A DNA stretch of 64,000 nucleotides from Chloropicon primus (Eukaryota), in the NCBI GenBank assembly GCA_023205875.1, contig CP060756.1, positions 1,364,001-1,428,000 of the forward strand, in the 5' to 3' direction. The notes under the pieces are model-generated. The model was not told where the DNA came from. It ran no database searches and was given only the letters and a program-made list of their open reading frames with translations. How positions within the stretch are numbered: position 1 is the first letter of the stretch; each line of letters opens with the position of its first letter. This document shows positions 1 to 15,300 of the stretch, one piece after another. The translations under genes were made by a program, and so were the position numbers.

Positions 1-310
1 GCATCCAACTCGAGGAAGAATCGGATTCCATGCTGTGCAGAGCTTCATACGATACCTCGAGAAGAAGACGTTGGTGAGGATCCATCCAACACGCCTCAGA
101 GCGAGATACGCCAAAACATGGTATATCGAAGAGCTCTATGCCGTCAAGGAAACCACCAAAACGGATTGGCACAATGGGCGCACCATCCTTGTAATCCTCA
201 TCAGCGTCCCAGCGCATGTGTGGAACCCTCCAAATACTGTCCCCAGCATTGGAAGTCTGGCAAAGATTGTGTTCAGGAGTGGGTAACCGTGCCGCAAGAC
301 TCAACATATG
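1..310 (-). other. PKS module 8: N-terminal part of KS, truncated by the window edge
   Basis: Same KS N-terminal sequence as at 8725-9035. Confidence 0.8.
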
Positions 311-3300
311 AACACTCACAGATCCTTCAGAGACTGTCCGAATGCCTGTCGATATTGCAGCAGAAGCCAAAGGCACCTGCTTCGGACCAAGCAAGGTCTC
401 TGCGTATTCAATGATAGCATGAACGCTTGGATAGTCAAAGATCAGCATCCCAGGCAAATCAATACCAAGGCTTTGCTCAAGAGATGAACGCAACTCCATC
501 GCACCAAGGGAATCAAGACCTGCAGCCATCAATGGATCGTCTGGGCTCACCTCATGACCCACGACAGCATGCACAGCTTCCTTGACCTTCTGCTGTAATA
601 CGTCCGCATCCAAAGTCATGCCGGATGCAGCGCTGGCAGATGTGTTGGACATTCTTGTGGCATCGATAGAAGAACCGTGACCATGAGATGCAGTGTCATG
701 CATATTTGAGAATAGTGGAGGAACATGTGTCATGCGAGAGAGGAATCTATCCCACATGAAGCGCTGAACAGCAACTTGGGCGTGAGATGACCACATCGCA
801 TTGTCCAAGCAACCACCACCACCACAAACACGACCTGCAATACTCTGCAAGGCGAACAATCCTTCATACGGAGACAACATGTAAAGACCCATCTGCTCCA
901 TGCGCTTGGCATGCTTGACTGCCATGCCACCAGATGCCCAAGGACCCCACTGGACACTCACAGCACTCACGCCTGCATTCTGCCACATGTGAGCTTGGGC
1001 ATCCAATACAGCATTGGCTGCAGCGTAATTCGTTTGTCCAGCTGATCCAAGCAAAGCAGCAACAGAAGAGAAGAGAACTTGAGCACCCATGGCTTCCATT
1101 GCAAATGTCTTCGCCAGCTGATGCAAGCCCACAACCTTGGGAGCAAATACTTGCTTCACAGATTGTGCTGTCTGGTTGCTGAGCACAGAATCAGCAAGGA
1201 CTCCGCCAGCATGCATCACACCTTGTACGCCAAGACCTCCAAGCAAGTGACAATCTTCAGCACAGGACACATCGCAATGCAGTATTTGCACCTCCGCACC
1301 GCAACTGTGACCACACAAACCCTTGCTCATGGACTTGATGTGACCAGTGCGACCCAACATCAACACGCAATCGATTCCGTGTTGAGTGAGATGCTGTCCT
1401 GTCAGCAGTCCAAGAGCACCAGTGCCTCCCGTCACAACCCATGATCCTGCCACGGAAGACAGTGACTGAGAAGAATGAGGGAAACATGGAACCATAGCTG
1501 CAGTCTCCACCATGCTCTGATCCACATATACACACCAGCCTCCGCCATTGTGAATCTCACTTAGAGGCAAACAAGACTCATCAACCTTATTGCTTGTGTC
1601 ATGAGATCCAAAGTGCAGTGAAGTGGATTGTACGCCACTCAGAGCACAAGCTCGTAGAATGCCGTATATCATAGCATTTCCCTGGTCCCCGACAAAAGGT
1701 GCAGGAACACCACAAGAGGTGGATGTGGTTGATTTGGAAACCAACTTGAGGTCGCAAGAGCTCATTTGGTTGTATTTGTCCTGAAGGACAGCAATTGTAC
1801 TCAGGGATAATGCCACAAGGGACGCAGGGTGATCGAGCAAGCACGATTTCTGCTCAACAAAAGAGTCAGCGTCTCCTCCGCTCCATACGTGGCATGAAGA
1901 TGCACTCATGTCATCCAAGACTTGCGCAGAAGAGATCACAGGGCACACAGATTGCCATGACAACGTGTACTGCACTTGCTCGGAGAGGTCCGCGGAGCTT
2001 CTCATACGGCTCAGCGGCACCGACAAGTCTTTCCTATGTAGAGTACCATTCAACTCCACCGCACCGAATCTTGACATCTCCGTACGACTGGACTTGCCAC
2101 GGTTGGCCAAGCATAGCCAATCCCCGGCACTGGAATACGAAGATGTTCCCATCCTCATAGCATCTGCGCCACAAGCAAGTCCACTGAGATGACTCCATTC
2201 ACCAAGTCCCAAACACATTGCGAGATGAACAGGGTTCACCACGTATCCGTCTTCTGAGGAAACCATCTCGTTGATGTTTGGCAACATGTATCCCAAATAG
2301 GTTGCGGAAGGACTGGCATTGCTGAGATCAGTATCAAAGACCCTCGTGTGCTTTTGCACATCGTCTTCACTGTGATGATTTGTTGAGGGTGCCCACTGAG
2401 TTGTGCCTGCTAGACACGTTTTAGACTGAGAGGAACCTCCGCAGACTACACTAATCTCATTCTTCCTCTGCACTAGGACGTTCACAGTTTGCGACGTTGA
2501 ATCATCCAGTACAATTGGTGCGGGCATGGTGAGATTGCGCATCACATATGAATCGGTCTTTTCATTCTTGCCGCCAGATCTTAGAACGTCAATCGTACCG
2601 GCACACATCTCAATCAGGGATCCCATACCTGCAATGGGTCTGCCGTTGAATAAGTGTTGCCAAATGAAAGCATGCTGTACTCTATTCAGCATACCCTCGA
2701 GGCTAATATCTCCACCCTGCGCAAAGGCAACACGTGACAAGAGTTTTGGGAGTTTGCACACATACCAACAACGCTCACGTTGCCACAGCATGACCAAACC
2801 TGGACGAGATACAGTATCAATATTTCCAACAGATCCACTGCAATGGGATAACAGTGCATGGGCATTGGTGCCCTGGAAAGCGAAGCCGCTCACACCTCCA
2901 ACACTTGCATCTCCACATGCCAATGAGCTTGATTGACGACTCAGATCAACAGCAAGACTATTGTTCTTGTCAGAGCCACTACCAAGCATACTCAGTATGT
3001 GATGATTCAGATGTCTCAAGTGACTGATGGCACTAGCTGATTTGTGCATCAGATTGCCTGCGAGCTGAACCATACCAGCCATACCAGCTGCTGCTTCACT
3101 ATGCCCCATATTGCTCTTCACTCCAGACATGTGGACAGGGAAGTCCCGTTTGGTGGCCTCGGAGAGTAACACAGCAGATGCCGCACCGACCTCAATGGGG
3201 TCACCAAGAGGAGTACCTGTACCGTGCATCTGCAAGACCTGTACATTCCAGGCATCAAGGTCTGCCGAGTGCAAGCTCATACGCATCACTTGCTGTTGAG

Positions 3301-6300
3301 AGGGTCCGTGCGGTGCGGTCAAAGCACTGGATCGCCCATCTTGGTTCACAGCAGTGCCACGTAGCATCACCGTATCTTGTTTGGAACCATCTTCAAGAGG
3401 ACCAAGAACGCAAGCGATGCAAGCTTCAGCACGCACGTAACCGTCTGCTGATGCATCCAAGGTCTTGCAACGCCCATCAGGCGCAAGCATGCCTGCTCTC
3501 TGGACAGAACCAAATGTGTCTCGCATGACCATCACTTCACAACCACACGCCAGTCCCTTCGAGACGTCGCCAAGAACAAGGCCCATGTAGGACATGTGTG
3601 CTGCGACAAGAGAGGATGAACAAGCCGTATCAACAGCTGCACAAGCTCCTTGCAAACCATATGTGAAGGACAGTCGCCCTGCAGAAACACTCAAAGAACC
3701 TGACGTAACCGCATGAGCCTCAGACTTATGGCCATAACCAGCATAGATATTGCTGTACTCCGCATGAGAGATTCCTAAAAACACATTGGTTTTGCTCCCA
3801 TAAACCTTTCCAACTAAACTCAGACATTCATACGATACCTCGAGAAGAAGACGTTGGTGAGGATCCATCCAACACGCCTCAGAGCGAGATACGCCAAAAC
3901 ATGGTATATCGAAGAGCTCTATGCCGTCAAGGAAACCACCAAAACGGATTGGCACAATGGGCGCACCATCCTTGTAATCCTCATCAGCGTCCCAGCGCAT
4001 GTGTGGAACCCTCCAAATACTGTCCCCAGCATTGGAAGTCTGGCAAAGATTGTGTTCAGGAGTGGGTAACCGTGCCGCAAGACTCAACATATGAACACTC
4101 ACAGATCCTTCAGAGACTGTCCGAATGCCTGTCGATATTGCAGCAGAAGCCAAAGGCACCTGCTTCGGACCAAGCAAGGTCTCTGCGTATTCAATGATAG
4201 CATGAACGCTTGGATAGTCAAAGATCAGCATCCCAGGCAAATCAATACCAAGGCTCTGCTCAAGAGATGAACGCAACTCCATCGCACCAAGGGAATCAAG
4301 ACCTGCAGCCATCAATGGATCGTCTGGGCTCACCTCATGACCCACGACAGCATGCACAGCTTCCTTGACCTTCTGCTGTAATACGTCCGCATCCAAAGTC
4401 ATGCCGGATGCAGCGCTGGCAGATGTGTTGGACATTCTTGTGGCATCGATAGAAGAACCGTGACCATGAGATGCAGTGTCATGCATATTTGAGAATAGTG
4501 GAGGAACATGTGTCATGCGAGAGAGGAATCTATCCCACATGAAGCGCTGAACAGCAACTTGGGCGTGAGATGACCACATCGCATTGTCCAAGCAACCACC
4601 ACCACCACAAACACGACCTGCAATACTCTGCAAGGCGAACAATCCTTCATACGGAGACAACATGTAAAGACCCATCTGCTCCATGCGCTTGGCATGCTTG
4701 ACTGCCATGCCACCAGATGCCCAAGGACCCCACTGGACACTCACAGCACTCACGCCTGCATTCTGCCACATGTGAGCTTGGGCATCCAATACAGCATTGG
4801 CTGCAGCGTAATTGGTTTGTCCAGCTGATCCAAGCAAAGCAGCAACAGAAGAGAAGAGAACTTGAGCACCCATGGCTTCCATTGCAAATGTCTTCGCCAG
4901 CTGATGCAAGCCCACAACCTTGGGAGCAAATACTTGCTTCACAGATTGTGCTGTCTGGTTGCTGAGCACAGAATCAGCAAGGACTCCGCCAGCATGCATC
5001 ACACCTTGTACGCCAAGACCTCCAAGCAAGTGACAATCTTCAGCACAGGACACATCGCAATGCAGTATTTGCACCTCCGCACCGCAACTGTGACCACACA
5101 AACCCTTGCTCATGGACTTGATGTGACCAGTGCGACCCAACATCAACACGCAATCGATTCCGCGTTGAGTGAGATGCTGTCCTGTCAGCAGTCCAAGAGC
5201 ACCAGTGCCTCCCGTCACAACCCAGTGAGAACTTGATGTGTCAAGGATAGGAGCAAAGGACTCATTGGAGACGATGACTTTACCAATGTGAGCAGCTCTT
5301 GACATTTGCCGCAAAGCTGAAGACACGTGATTCATTCCATGAACGGTTGATGCTAAAGGCCTCGCAGTGCCAAGAGCCAAAGCATGAGACAAATCGGTCA
5401 TGACCTTCCGCACATGTGAAGGTGGTAAGAAATCCAACGCCACCAAGTTGTACGTAAGATCTGGTCTCTCCATCTTCATGGATCTTGTACTCCAAATGTC
5501 TCGCTTGCCAAGCTCCACAAATCTACCTCCGGTGCGAACACAACTTAACGAAGAGGCAATCATTCCAGAGGAAGTCAGAGAATTGATGATCAGGTCAACA
5601 CCCGAGTGGAATGCTGCACTAAATGCAGTCGACCGAGTGCTGCAAACACTCTGTACTCCAAGCGACCTGACATAACCTCTTTTAGCAACATTGCCTGCCG
5701 TGCTCCAAACATTTGCACCCAAGGCATTGCTCACGTTAATTGCTGCGGTTCCAATACCGCCAGAACCTGCGTGAACCAAGATTGTATCACTGACACTAGC
5801 ACCACAGGCCTGCTTCAAAGCAAGCCATACTGTCATGTAAACAGATGGAGTTGAAGCAGCAAGCTCAAAAGATACACCCTTACTAAGGAGGGAGACTACA
5901 GAGAATGGAACATCCACTGTTGTTGCAAAGGAACCTGATGCCAGGGCAAGGACAGCATCACCGACGAGTAGCTCTGTACCGTCGTTGGTCGAAGTACAGC
6001 ATGAATGTACCACACCGGAGCAGTCTGCTCCTGGCGGTCCAGGATCGCCAGGGTATGCACCGAGCACATTCAACACATCACGGAAATTGATTCCAACGCT
6101 GTGAACGAGAATAGAAAGAAATCCTTCCTTCTGTACTGTATCTTCACGTGCGAACTCAACAACCATATTGCTCAAGGAACCCCTTGGGTGTGGTTTGATT
6201 TGATACCTTGCACGGGTCATTGGCAGTTCTGGAACATTGAGAAGTCTTGCGTCATAGTACGCGCCTCCTTTCAAGACATTCCCGCTGTGCTTGCTGGCCA

Positions 6301-9300
6301 TGTCTGCCTCAGTTTTAGCATCCCACGTACTGAAGTGACATGGAACAGATCCCTTCTGTGTCTCTGAGGCAGCACAAGTGTCTCTGACGGACAAGAAGAC
6401 TGATCCGCTGGCAACAACACTCTTCACGATACCCCAAAGAAGTGATGCTTGCAATTGAGAATTTCCAACAACATCGGCTCCGACTGACACTCCTCCCCGA
6501 GAAGAAAAGGACATACTCTGGGACCTGATTTGTGACATGACTTGAACAGCGCCAATAGCTTCTGTACACAATCTTGCCTCATGAAGGGTTCCCTTGGAGC
6601 AGTGCTCTTGGAATGCAAACTGATTGTGACATCCAAAAGTGCTTGACGCTGATAAACCGCTGGTTTGAACTTGCCATTGAAGTCTATACTGAACGGAGTC
6701 TGGCATAAATCGCACAGCCTTCTTTTGGTCAGACGCGTTGGCCTTCAAGCTCTTTGCAATCAGTCCATTTATGCAAAGATCGAAGTTGTGAGAGGTACCT
6801 GAGACCCTGTAGTGTGTTTCTTTCTGTGTGGCCGTGCTAGAAGCAGAATCATAGACTGACAAGGCATGGTAGCTATAGCCACGCATGCATCCGCTGCCAT
6901 GCAAAGCATGGAAGCCAGCGGGAACAAAAGTCGACGATTCTCCATCATTTTGACCAGCGGAGGATACTACGGAGCACATTCCTCTTGCTGCGCCAACCTG
7001 GAGTGAGGCATCGAGCACAGCGGGACATAACTTGAAACCCCTATCTTCAGTAGGGAGAACGTTTTCAACATTACCCACTGCAATGTCAAACTGGGGTTGA
7101 TGGACCTCATTGGATCCAAGCCAAACACTTGACAGCAATGCAAAAGAAGGACCATATTGGAGGCCATGAGCAGCAAAGAAGGGATAAAGATAAGCTCCGT
7201 TCACAAGGGTACGGCTCTTTGATCTGACTACTTCTCTTGAGAAGCCTGTCCTCTCAATGTCACCATTCACCATTTTGTCTTTCGCCTGTTGCATCTGCAC
7301 TTTTCCATGGACATGCAATCTCTTTTGTGATCTGCCTGTGTTCTCCGATGAGAGTGTTAGGCCACCTGTATCCAATTGCAACTCAGCAGTACAATACAAA
7401 CTATTGACCATGTTCTCACCAAGATCCTCCAGAGAAAGAGGCGAAGCAATCACAGAGTCGCACATAGAATATTCACATGCAAGGCCAGAATCTCTCAAAG
7501 CAGAGGCGATCGAACTGTAACCAAGTTCCATGAAGGCGGCGCCTGGCAACAACGCTTGTCCAGAGATGACATGATCCCACAGATAAGCCATTGCCGGATG
7601 ATACATCTTGCAAGTAAAAATGCATGAATTTGGAAGGACACGTGCTGGTGCGCAACTCACCATCAAATCAAAGTCAACAGTGTACCAACAACGCTCACGT
7701 TGCCACAGCATGACCAAACCTGGACGAGATACAGTATCAATATTTCCAACAGATCCACTGCAATGAGATAACAGTGCATGGGCATTGGTGCCCTGGAAAG
7801 CGAAGCCGCTCACACCTCCAACACTTGCATCTCCACATGCCAATGAGCTTGATTGACGACTCAGATCAACAGCAAGACTATTGTTCTTGTCAGAGCCACT
7901 ACCAAGCATACTCAGTATGTGATGATTCAGATGTCTCAAGTGACTGATGGCACTAGCTGATTTGTGCATCAGATTGCCTGCGAGCTGAACCATACCAGCC
8001 ATACCAGCTGCTGCTTCACTATGCCCCATATTGCTCTTCACTCCAGACATGTGGACAGGGAAGTCCCGTTTGGTGGCCTCGGAGAGTAACACAGCAGATG
8101 CCGCACCGACCTCAATGGGGTCACCAAGAGGAGTACCTGTACCGTGCATCTGCAAGACCTGTACATTCCAGGCATCAAGGTCTGCCGAGTGCAAGCTCAT
8201 ACGCATCACTTGCTGTTGAGAGGGTCCGTGCGGTGCGGTCAAAGCACTGGATCGCCCATCTTGGTTCACAGCAGTGCCACGTAGCATCACCGTATCTTGT
8301 TTGGAACCATCTTCAAGAGGACCAAGAACGCAAGCGATGCAAGCTTCAGCACGCACGTAACCGTCTGCTGATGCATCTAAGGTCTTGCAACGCCCATCAG
8401 GCGCAAGCATGCCTGCTCTCTGAATAGAACCAAATGTGTCTCTACTGATTTGAAGGTCAACACCGCACACAAGACCCTTCGAGAGTTGACCTAGAACAAG
8501 GCCCATGTAGGACATGTGTGCTGCGACAAGAGAGGATGAACAAGCCGTATCAACAGCTGCACAAGCTCCTTGCAAACCATATGTGAAGGACAGTCGCCCT
8601 GCAGAAACACTCAAAGAACCTGACGTAACCGCATGAACCTCAGACTTATGGCCATAACCAGCATAGATATTGCTGTATTCAACATGCTGAGTACCCACCA
8701 TCACACCCATCCTCTGTTTCTGATGCATCCAACTCGAGGAAGAATCGGATTCCATGCTGTGCAGAGCTTCATACGATACCTCGAGAAGAAGACGTTGGTG
8801 AGGATCCATCCAACACGCCTCAGAGCGAGATACGCCAAAACATGGTATATCGAAGAGCCCTATGCCGTCAAGGAAACCACCAAAACGGATTGGCACAATG
8901 GGCGCACCATCCTTGTAATCCTCATCAGCGTCCCAGCGCATGTGTGGAACCCTCCAAATACTGTCCCCAGCATTGGAAGTCTGGCAAAGATTGTGTTCAG
9001 GAGTGGGTAACCGTGCCGCAAGACTCAACATATGAACACTCACAGATCCTTCAGAGACTGTCCGAATGCCTGTCGATATTGCAGCAGAAGCCAAAGGCAC
9101 CTGCTTCGGACCAAGCAAGGTCTCTGCGTATTCAATGATAGCATGAACGCTTGGATAGTCAAAGATCAGCATCCCAGGCAAATCAATACCAAGGCTCTGC
9201 TCAAGAGATGAACGCAACTCCATCGCACCAAGGGAATCAAGACCTGCAGCCATCAATGGATCGTCTGGGCTCACCTCATGACCCACGACAGCATGCACAG

Positions 9301-12300
9301 CTTCCTTGACCTTCTGCTGTAATACGTCCGCATCCAAAGTCATGCCGGATGCAGCGCTGGCAGATGTGTTGGACATTCTTGTGGCATCGATAGAAGAACC
9401 GTGACCATGAGATGCAGTGTCATGCATATTTGAGAATAGTGGAGGAACATGTGTCATGCGAGAGAGGAATCTATCCCACATGAAGCGCTGAACAGCAACT
9501 TGGGCGTGAGATGACCACATCGCATTGTCCAAGCAACCACCACCACCACAAACACGACCTGCAATACTCTCCAAGGCGAACAATCCTTCATACGGAGACA
9601 ACATGTAAAGACCCATCTGCTCCATGCGCTTGGCATGCTTGACTGCCATGCCACCAGATGCCCAAGGACCCCACTGGACACTCACAGCACTCACGCCTGC
9701 ATTCTGCCACATGTGAGCTTGGGCATCCAATACAGCATTGGCTGCAGCGTAATTGGTTTGTCCAGCTGATCCAAGCAAAGCAGCAACAGAAGAGAAGAGA
9801 ACTTGAGCACCCATGGCTTCCATTGCAAATGTCTTCGCCAGCTGATGCAAGCCCACAACCTTGGGAGCAAATACTTGCTTCACAGATTGTGCTGTCTGGT
9901 TGCTGAGCACAGAATCAGCAAGGACTCCGCCAGCATGCATCACACCTTGTACGCCAAGACCTCCAAGCAAGTGACAATCTTCAGCACAGGACACATCGCA
10001 ATGCAGTATTTGCACCTCCGCACCGCAACTGTGACCACACAAACCCTTGCTCATGGACTTGATGTGACCAGTGCGACCCAACATCAACACGCAATCGATT
10101 CCGTGTTGAGTGAGATGCTGTCCTGTCAGCAGTCCAAGAGCACCAGTGCCTCCCGTCACAACCCATGATCCTGCCACGGAAGACAGTGACTGAGAAGAAT
10201 GAGGGAAACATGGAACCATAGCTGCAGTCTCCACCATGCTCTGATCCACATATACACACCAGCCTCCGCCATTGTGAATCTCACTTAGAGGCAAACAAGA
10301 CTCATCAACCTTATTGCTTGTGTCATGAGATCCAAAGTGCAGTGAAGTGGATTGTACACCATTCAGAGCACAAGCTCGTAGAATGCCGTATATCATAGCA
10401 TTTCCCTGGTCCCCGACAAAAGGTGCAGGAACACCACAAGAGGTGGATGTGGTTGATTTGGAAACCAACTTGAGGTCGCAAGAGCTCATTTGGTTGTATT
10501 TGTCCTGAAGGACAGCAATTGTACTCAGGGATAATGCCACAAGGGACGCAGGGTGATCGAGCAAGCACGATTTCTGCTCAACAAAAGAGTCAGCGTCTCC
10601 TCCGCTCCATACGTGGCATGAAGATGCACTCATGTCATCCAAGACTTGCGCAGAAGAGATCACAGGGCACACAGATTGCCATGACAACGTGTACTGCACT
10701 TGCTCGGAGAGGTCCGCGGAGCTTCTCATACGGCTCAGCGGCACCGACAAGTCTTTCCTATGTAGAGTACCATTCAACTCCACCGCACCGAATCTTGACA
10801 TCTCCGTACGACTGGACTTGCCACGGTTGGCCAAGCATAGCCAATCCCCGGCACTGGAATACGAAGATGTTCCCATCCTCATAGCATCTGCGCCACAAGC
10901 AAGTCCACTGAGATGACTCCATTCACCAAGTCCCAAACACATTGCGAGATGAACAGGGTTCACCACGTATCCGTCTTCTGAGGAAACCATCTCGTTGATG
11001 TTTGGCAACATGTATCCCAAATAGGTTGCGGAAGGACTGGCATTGCTGAGATCAGTATCAAAGACCCTCGTGTGCTTTTGCACATCGTCTTCACTGTGAT
11101 GATTTGTTGAGGGTGCCCACTGAGTTGTGCCTGCTAGACACGTTTTAGACTGAGAGGAACCTCCGCAGACTACACTAATCTCATTCTTCCTCTGCACTAG
11201 GACGTTCACAGTTTGCGACGTTGAATCATCCAGTACAATTGGTGCGGGCATGGTGAGATTGCGCATCACATATGAATCGGTCTTTTCATTCTTGCCGCCA
11301 GATCTTAGAACGTCAATCGTACCGGCACACATCTCAATCAGGGATCCCATACCTGCGATGGGTCTGCCGTTGAATAAGTGTTGCCAAATGAAAGCATGCT
11401 GTACTCTATTCAGCATACCCTCGAGGCTAATATCTCCACCCTGCGCAAAGGCAACACGTGACAAGAGTTTTGGGAGTTTGCACACATACCAACAACGCTC
11501 ACGTTGCCACAGCATGACCAAACCTGGACGAGATACAGTATCAATATTTCCAACAGATCCACTGCAATGAGATAACAGTGCATGGGCATTGGTGCCCTGG
11601 AAAGCGAAGCCGCTCACACCTCCAACACTTGCATCTCCACATGCCAATGAGCTTGATTGACGACTCAGATCAACAGCAAGACTATTGTTCTTGTCAGAGC
11701 CACTACCAAGCATACTCAGTATGTGATGATTCAGATGTCTCAAGTGACTGATGGCACTAGCTGATTTGTGCATCAGATTGCCTGCGAGCTGAACCATACC
11801 AGCCATACCAGCTGCTGCTTCACTATGCCCCATATTGCTCTTCACTCCAGACATGTGGACAGGGAAGTCCCGTTTGGTGGCCTCGGAGAGTAACACAGCA
11901 GATGCCGCACCGACCTCAATGGGGTCACCAAGAGGAGTACCTGTACCGTGCATCTGCAAGACCTGTACATTCCAGGCATCAAGGTCTGCCGAGTGCAAGC
12001 ACATACGCATCACTTGCTGTTGAGAGGGTCCGTGCGGTGCGGTCAAAGCACTGGATCGCCCATCTTGGTTCACAGCAGTGCCACGTAGCATCACCGTATC
12101 TTGTTTGGAACCATCTTCAAGAGGACCGAGAACGCAAGCGATGCAAGCTTCAGCACGCACGTAACCGTCTGCTGATGCATCCAAGGTCTTGCAACGCCCA
12201 TCAGGCGCAAGCATGCCTGCTCTCTGGACAGAACCAAATGTGTCTCGCATGACCATCACTTCACAACCACACGCCAGTCCCTTCGAGACGTCGCCAAGAA

Positions 12301-15300
12301 CAAGGCCCATGTAGGACATGTGTGCTGCGACAAGAGAGGATGAACAAGCCGTATCAACAGCTGCACAAGCTCCTTGCAAACCATATGTGAAGGACAGTCG
12401 CCCTGCAGAAACACTCAAAGAACCTGACGTAACCGCATGAGCCTCAGACTTATGGCCATAACCAGCATAGATATTGCTGTACTCCGCATGAGAGATTCCT
12501 AAAAACACATTGGTTTTGCTCCCATAAACCTTTCCAACTAAACTCAGACATTCATACGATACCTCGAGAAGAAGACGTTGGTGAGGATCCATCCAACACG
12601 CCTCAGAGCGAGATACGCCAAAACATGGTATATCGAAGAGCTCTATGCCGTCAAGGAAACCACCAAAACGGATTGGCACAATGGGCGCACCATCCTTGTA
12701 ATCCTCATCAGCGTCCCAGCGCATGTGTGGAACCCTCCAAATACTGTCCCCAGCATTGGAAGTCTGGCAAAGATTGTGTTCAGGAGTGGGTAACCGTGCC
12801 GCAAGACTCAACATATGAACACTCACAGATCCTTCAGAGACTGTCCGAATGCCTGTCGATATTGCAGCAGAAGCCAAAGGCACCTGCTTCGGACCAAGCA
12901 AGGTCTCTGCGTATTCAATGATAGCATGAACGCTTGGATAGTCAAAGATCAGCATCCCAGGCAAATCAATACCAAGGCTCTGCTCAAGAGATGAACGCAA
13001 CTCCATCGCACCAAGGGAATCAAGACCTGCAGCCATCAATGGATCGTCTGGGCTCACCTCATGACCCACGACAGCATGCACAGCTTCCTTGACCTTCTGC
13101 TGTAATACGTCCGCATCCAAAGTCATGCCGGATGCAGCGCTGGCAGATGTGTTGGACATTCTTGTGGCATCGATAGAAGAACCGTGACCATGAGATGCAG
13201 TGTCATGCATATTTGAGAATAGTGGAGGAACATGTGTCATGCGAGAGAGGAATCTATCCCACATGAAGCGCTGAACAGCAACTTGGGCGTGAGATGACCA
13301 CATCGCATTGTCCAAGCAACCACCACCACCACAAACACGACCTGCAATACTCTCCAAGGCGAACAATCCTTCATACGGAGACAACATGTAAAGACCCATC
13401 TGCTCCATGCGCTTGGCATGCTTGACTGCCATGCCACCAGATGCCCAAGGACCCCACTGGACACTCACAGCACTCACGCCTGCATTCTGCCACATGTGAG
13501 CTTGGGCATCCAATACAGCATTGGCTGCAGCGTAATTGGTTTGTCCAGCTGATCCAAGCAAAGCAGCAACAGAAGAGAAGAGAACTTGAGCACCCATGGC
13601 TTCCATTGCAAATGTCTTCGCCAGCTGATGCAAGCCCACAACCTTGGGAGCAAATACTTGCTTCACAGATTGTGCTGTCTGGTTGCTGAGCACAGAATCA
13701 GCAAGGACTCCGCCAGCATGCATCACACCTTGTACGCCAAGACCTCCAAGCAAGTGACAATCTTCAGCACAGGACACATCGCAATGCAGTATTTGCACCT
13801 CCGCACCGCAACTGTGACCACACAAACCCTTGCTCATGGACTTGATGTGACCAGTGCGACCCAACATCAACACGCAATCGATTCCGCGTTGAGTGAGATG
13901 CTGTCCTGTCAGCAGTCCAAGAGCACCAGTGCCTCCCGTCACAACCCAGTGAGAACTTGATGTGTCAAGGATAGGAGCAAAGGACTCATTGGAGACGATG
14001 ACTTTACCAATGTGAGCAGCTCTTGACATTTGCCGCAAAGCTGAAGACACGTGATTCATTCCATGAACGGTTGATGCTAAAGGCCTCGCAGTGCCAAGAG
14101 CCAAAGCATGAGACAAATCGGTCATGACCTTCCGCACATGTGAAGGTGGTAAGAAATCCAACGCCACCAAGTTGTACGTAAGATCTGGTCTCTCCATCTT
14201 CATGGATCTTGTACTCCAAATGTCTCGCTTGCCAAGCTCCACAAATCTACCTCCGGTGCGAACACAACTTAACGAAGAGGCAATCATTCCAGAGGAAGTC
14301 AGAGAATTGATGATCAGGTCAACACCCGAGTGGAATGCTGCACTAAATGCAGTCGACCGAGTGCTGCAAACACTCTGTACTCCAAGCGACCTGACATAAC
14401 CTCTTTTAGCAACATTGCCTGCCGTGCTCCAAACATTTGCACCCAAGGCATTGCTCACGTTAATTGCTGCGGTTCCAATACCGCCAGAACCTGCGTGAAC
14501 CAAGATTGTATCACTGACACTAGCACCACAGGCCTGCTTCAAAGCAAGCCATACTGTCATGTAAACAGATGGAGTTGAAGCAGCAAGCTCAAAAGATACA
14601 CCCTTACTAAGGAGGGAGACTACAGAGAATGGAACATCCACTGTTGTTGCAAAGGAACCTGATGCCAGGGCAAGGACAGCATCACCGACGAGTAGCTCTG
14701 TACCGTCGTTGGTCGAAGTACAGCATGAATGTACCACACCGGAGCAGTCTGCTCCTGGCGGTCCAGGATCGCCAGGGTATGCACCGAGCACATTCAACAC
14801 ATCACGGAAATTGATTCCAACGCTGTGAACGAGAATAGAAAGAAATCCTTCCTTCTGTACTGTATCTTCACGTGCGAACTCAACAACCATATTGCTCAAG
14901 GAACCCCTTGGGTGTGGTTTGATTTGATACCTTGCACGGGTCATTGGCAGTTCTGGAACATTGAGAAGTCTTGCGTCATAGTACGCGCCTCCTTTCAAGA
15001 CATTCCCGCTGTGCTTGCTGGCCATGTCTGCCTCAGTTTTAGCATCCCACGTACTGAAGTGACATGGAACAGATCCCTTCTGTGTCTCTGAGGCAGCACA
15101 AGTGTCTCTGACGGACAAGAAGACTGATCCGCTGGCAACAACACTCTTCACGATACCCCAAAGAAGTGATGCTTGCAATTGAGAATTTCCAACAACATCG
15201 GCTCCGACTGACACTCCTCCCCGAGAAGAAAAGGACATACTCTGGGACCTGATTTGTGACATGACTTGAACAGCGCCAATAGCTTCTGTACACAATCTTG

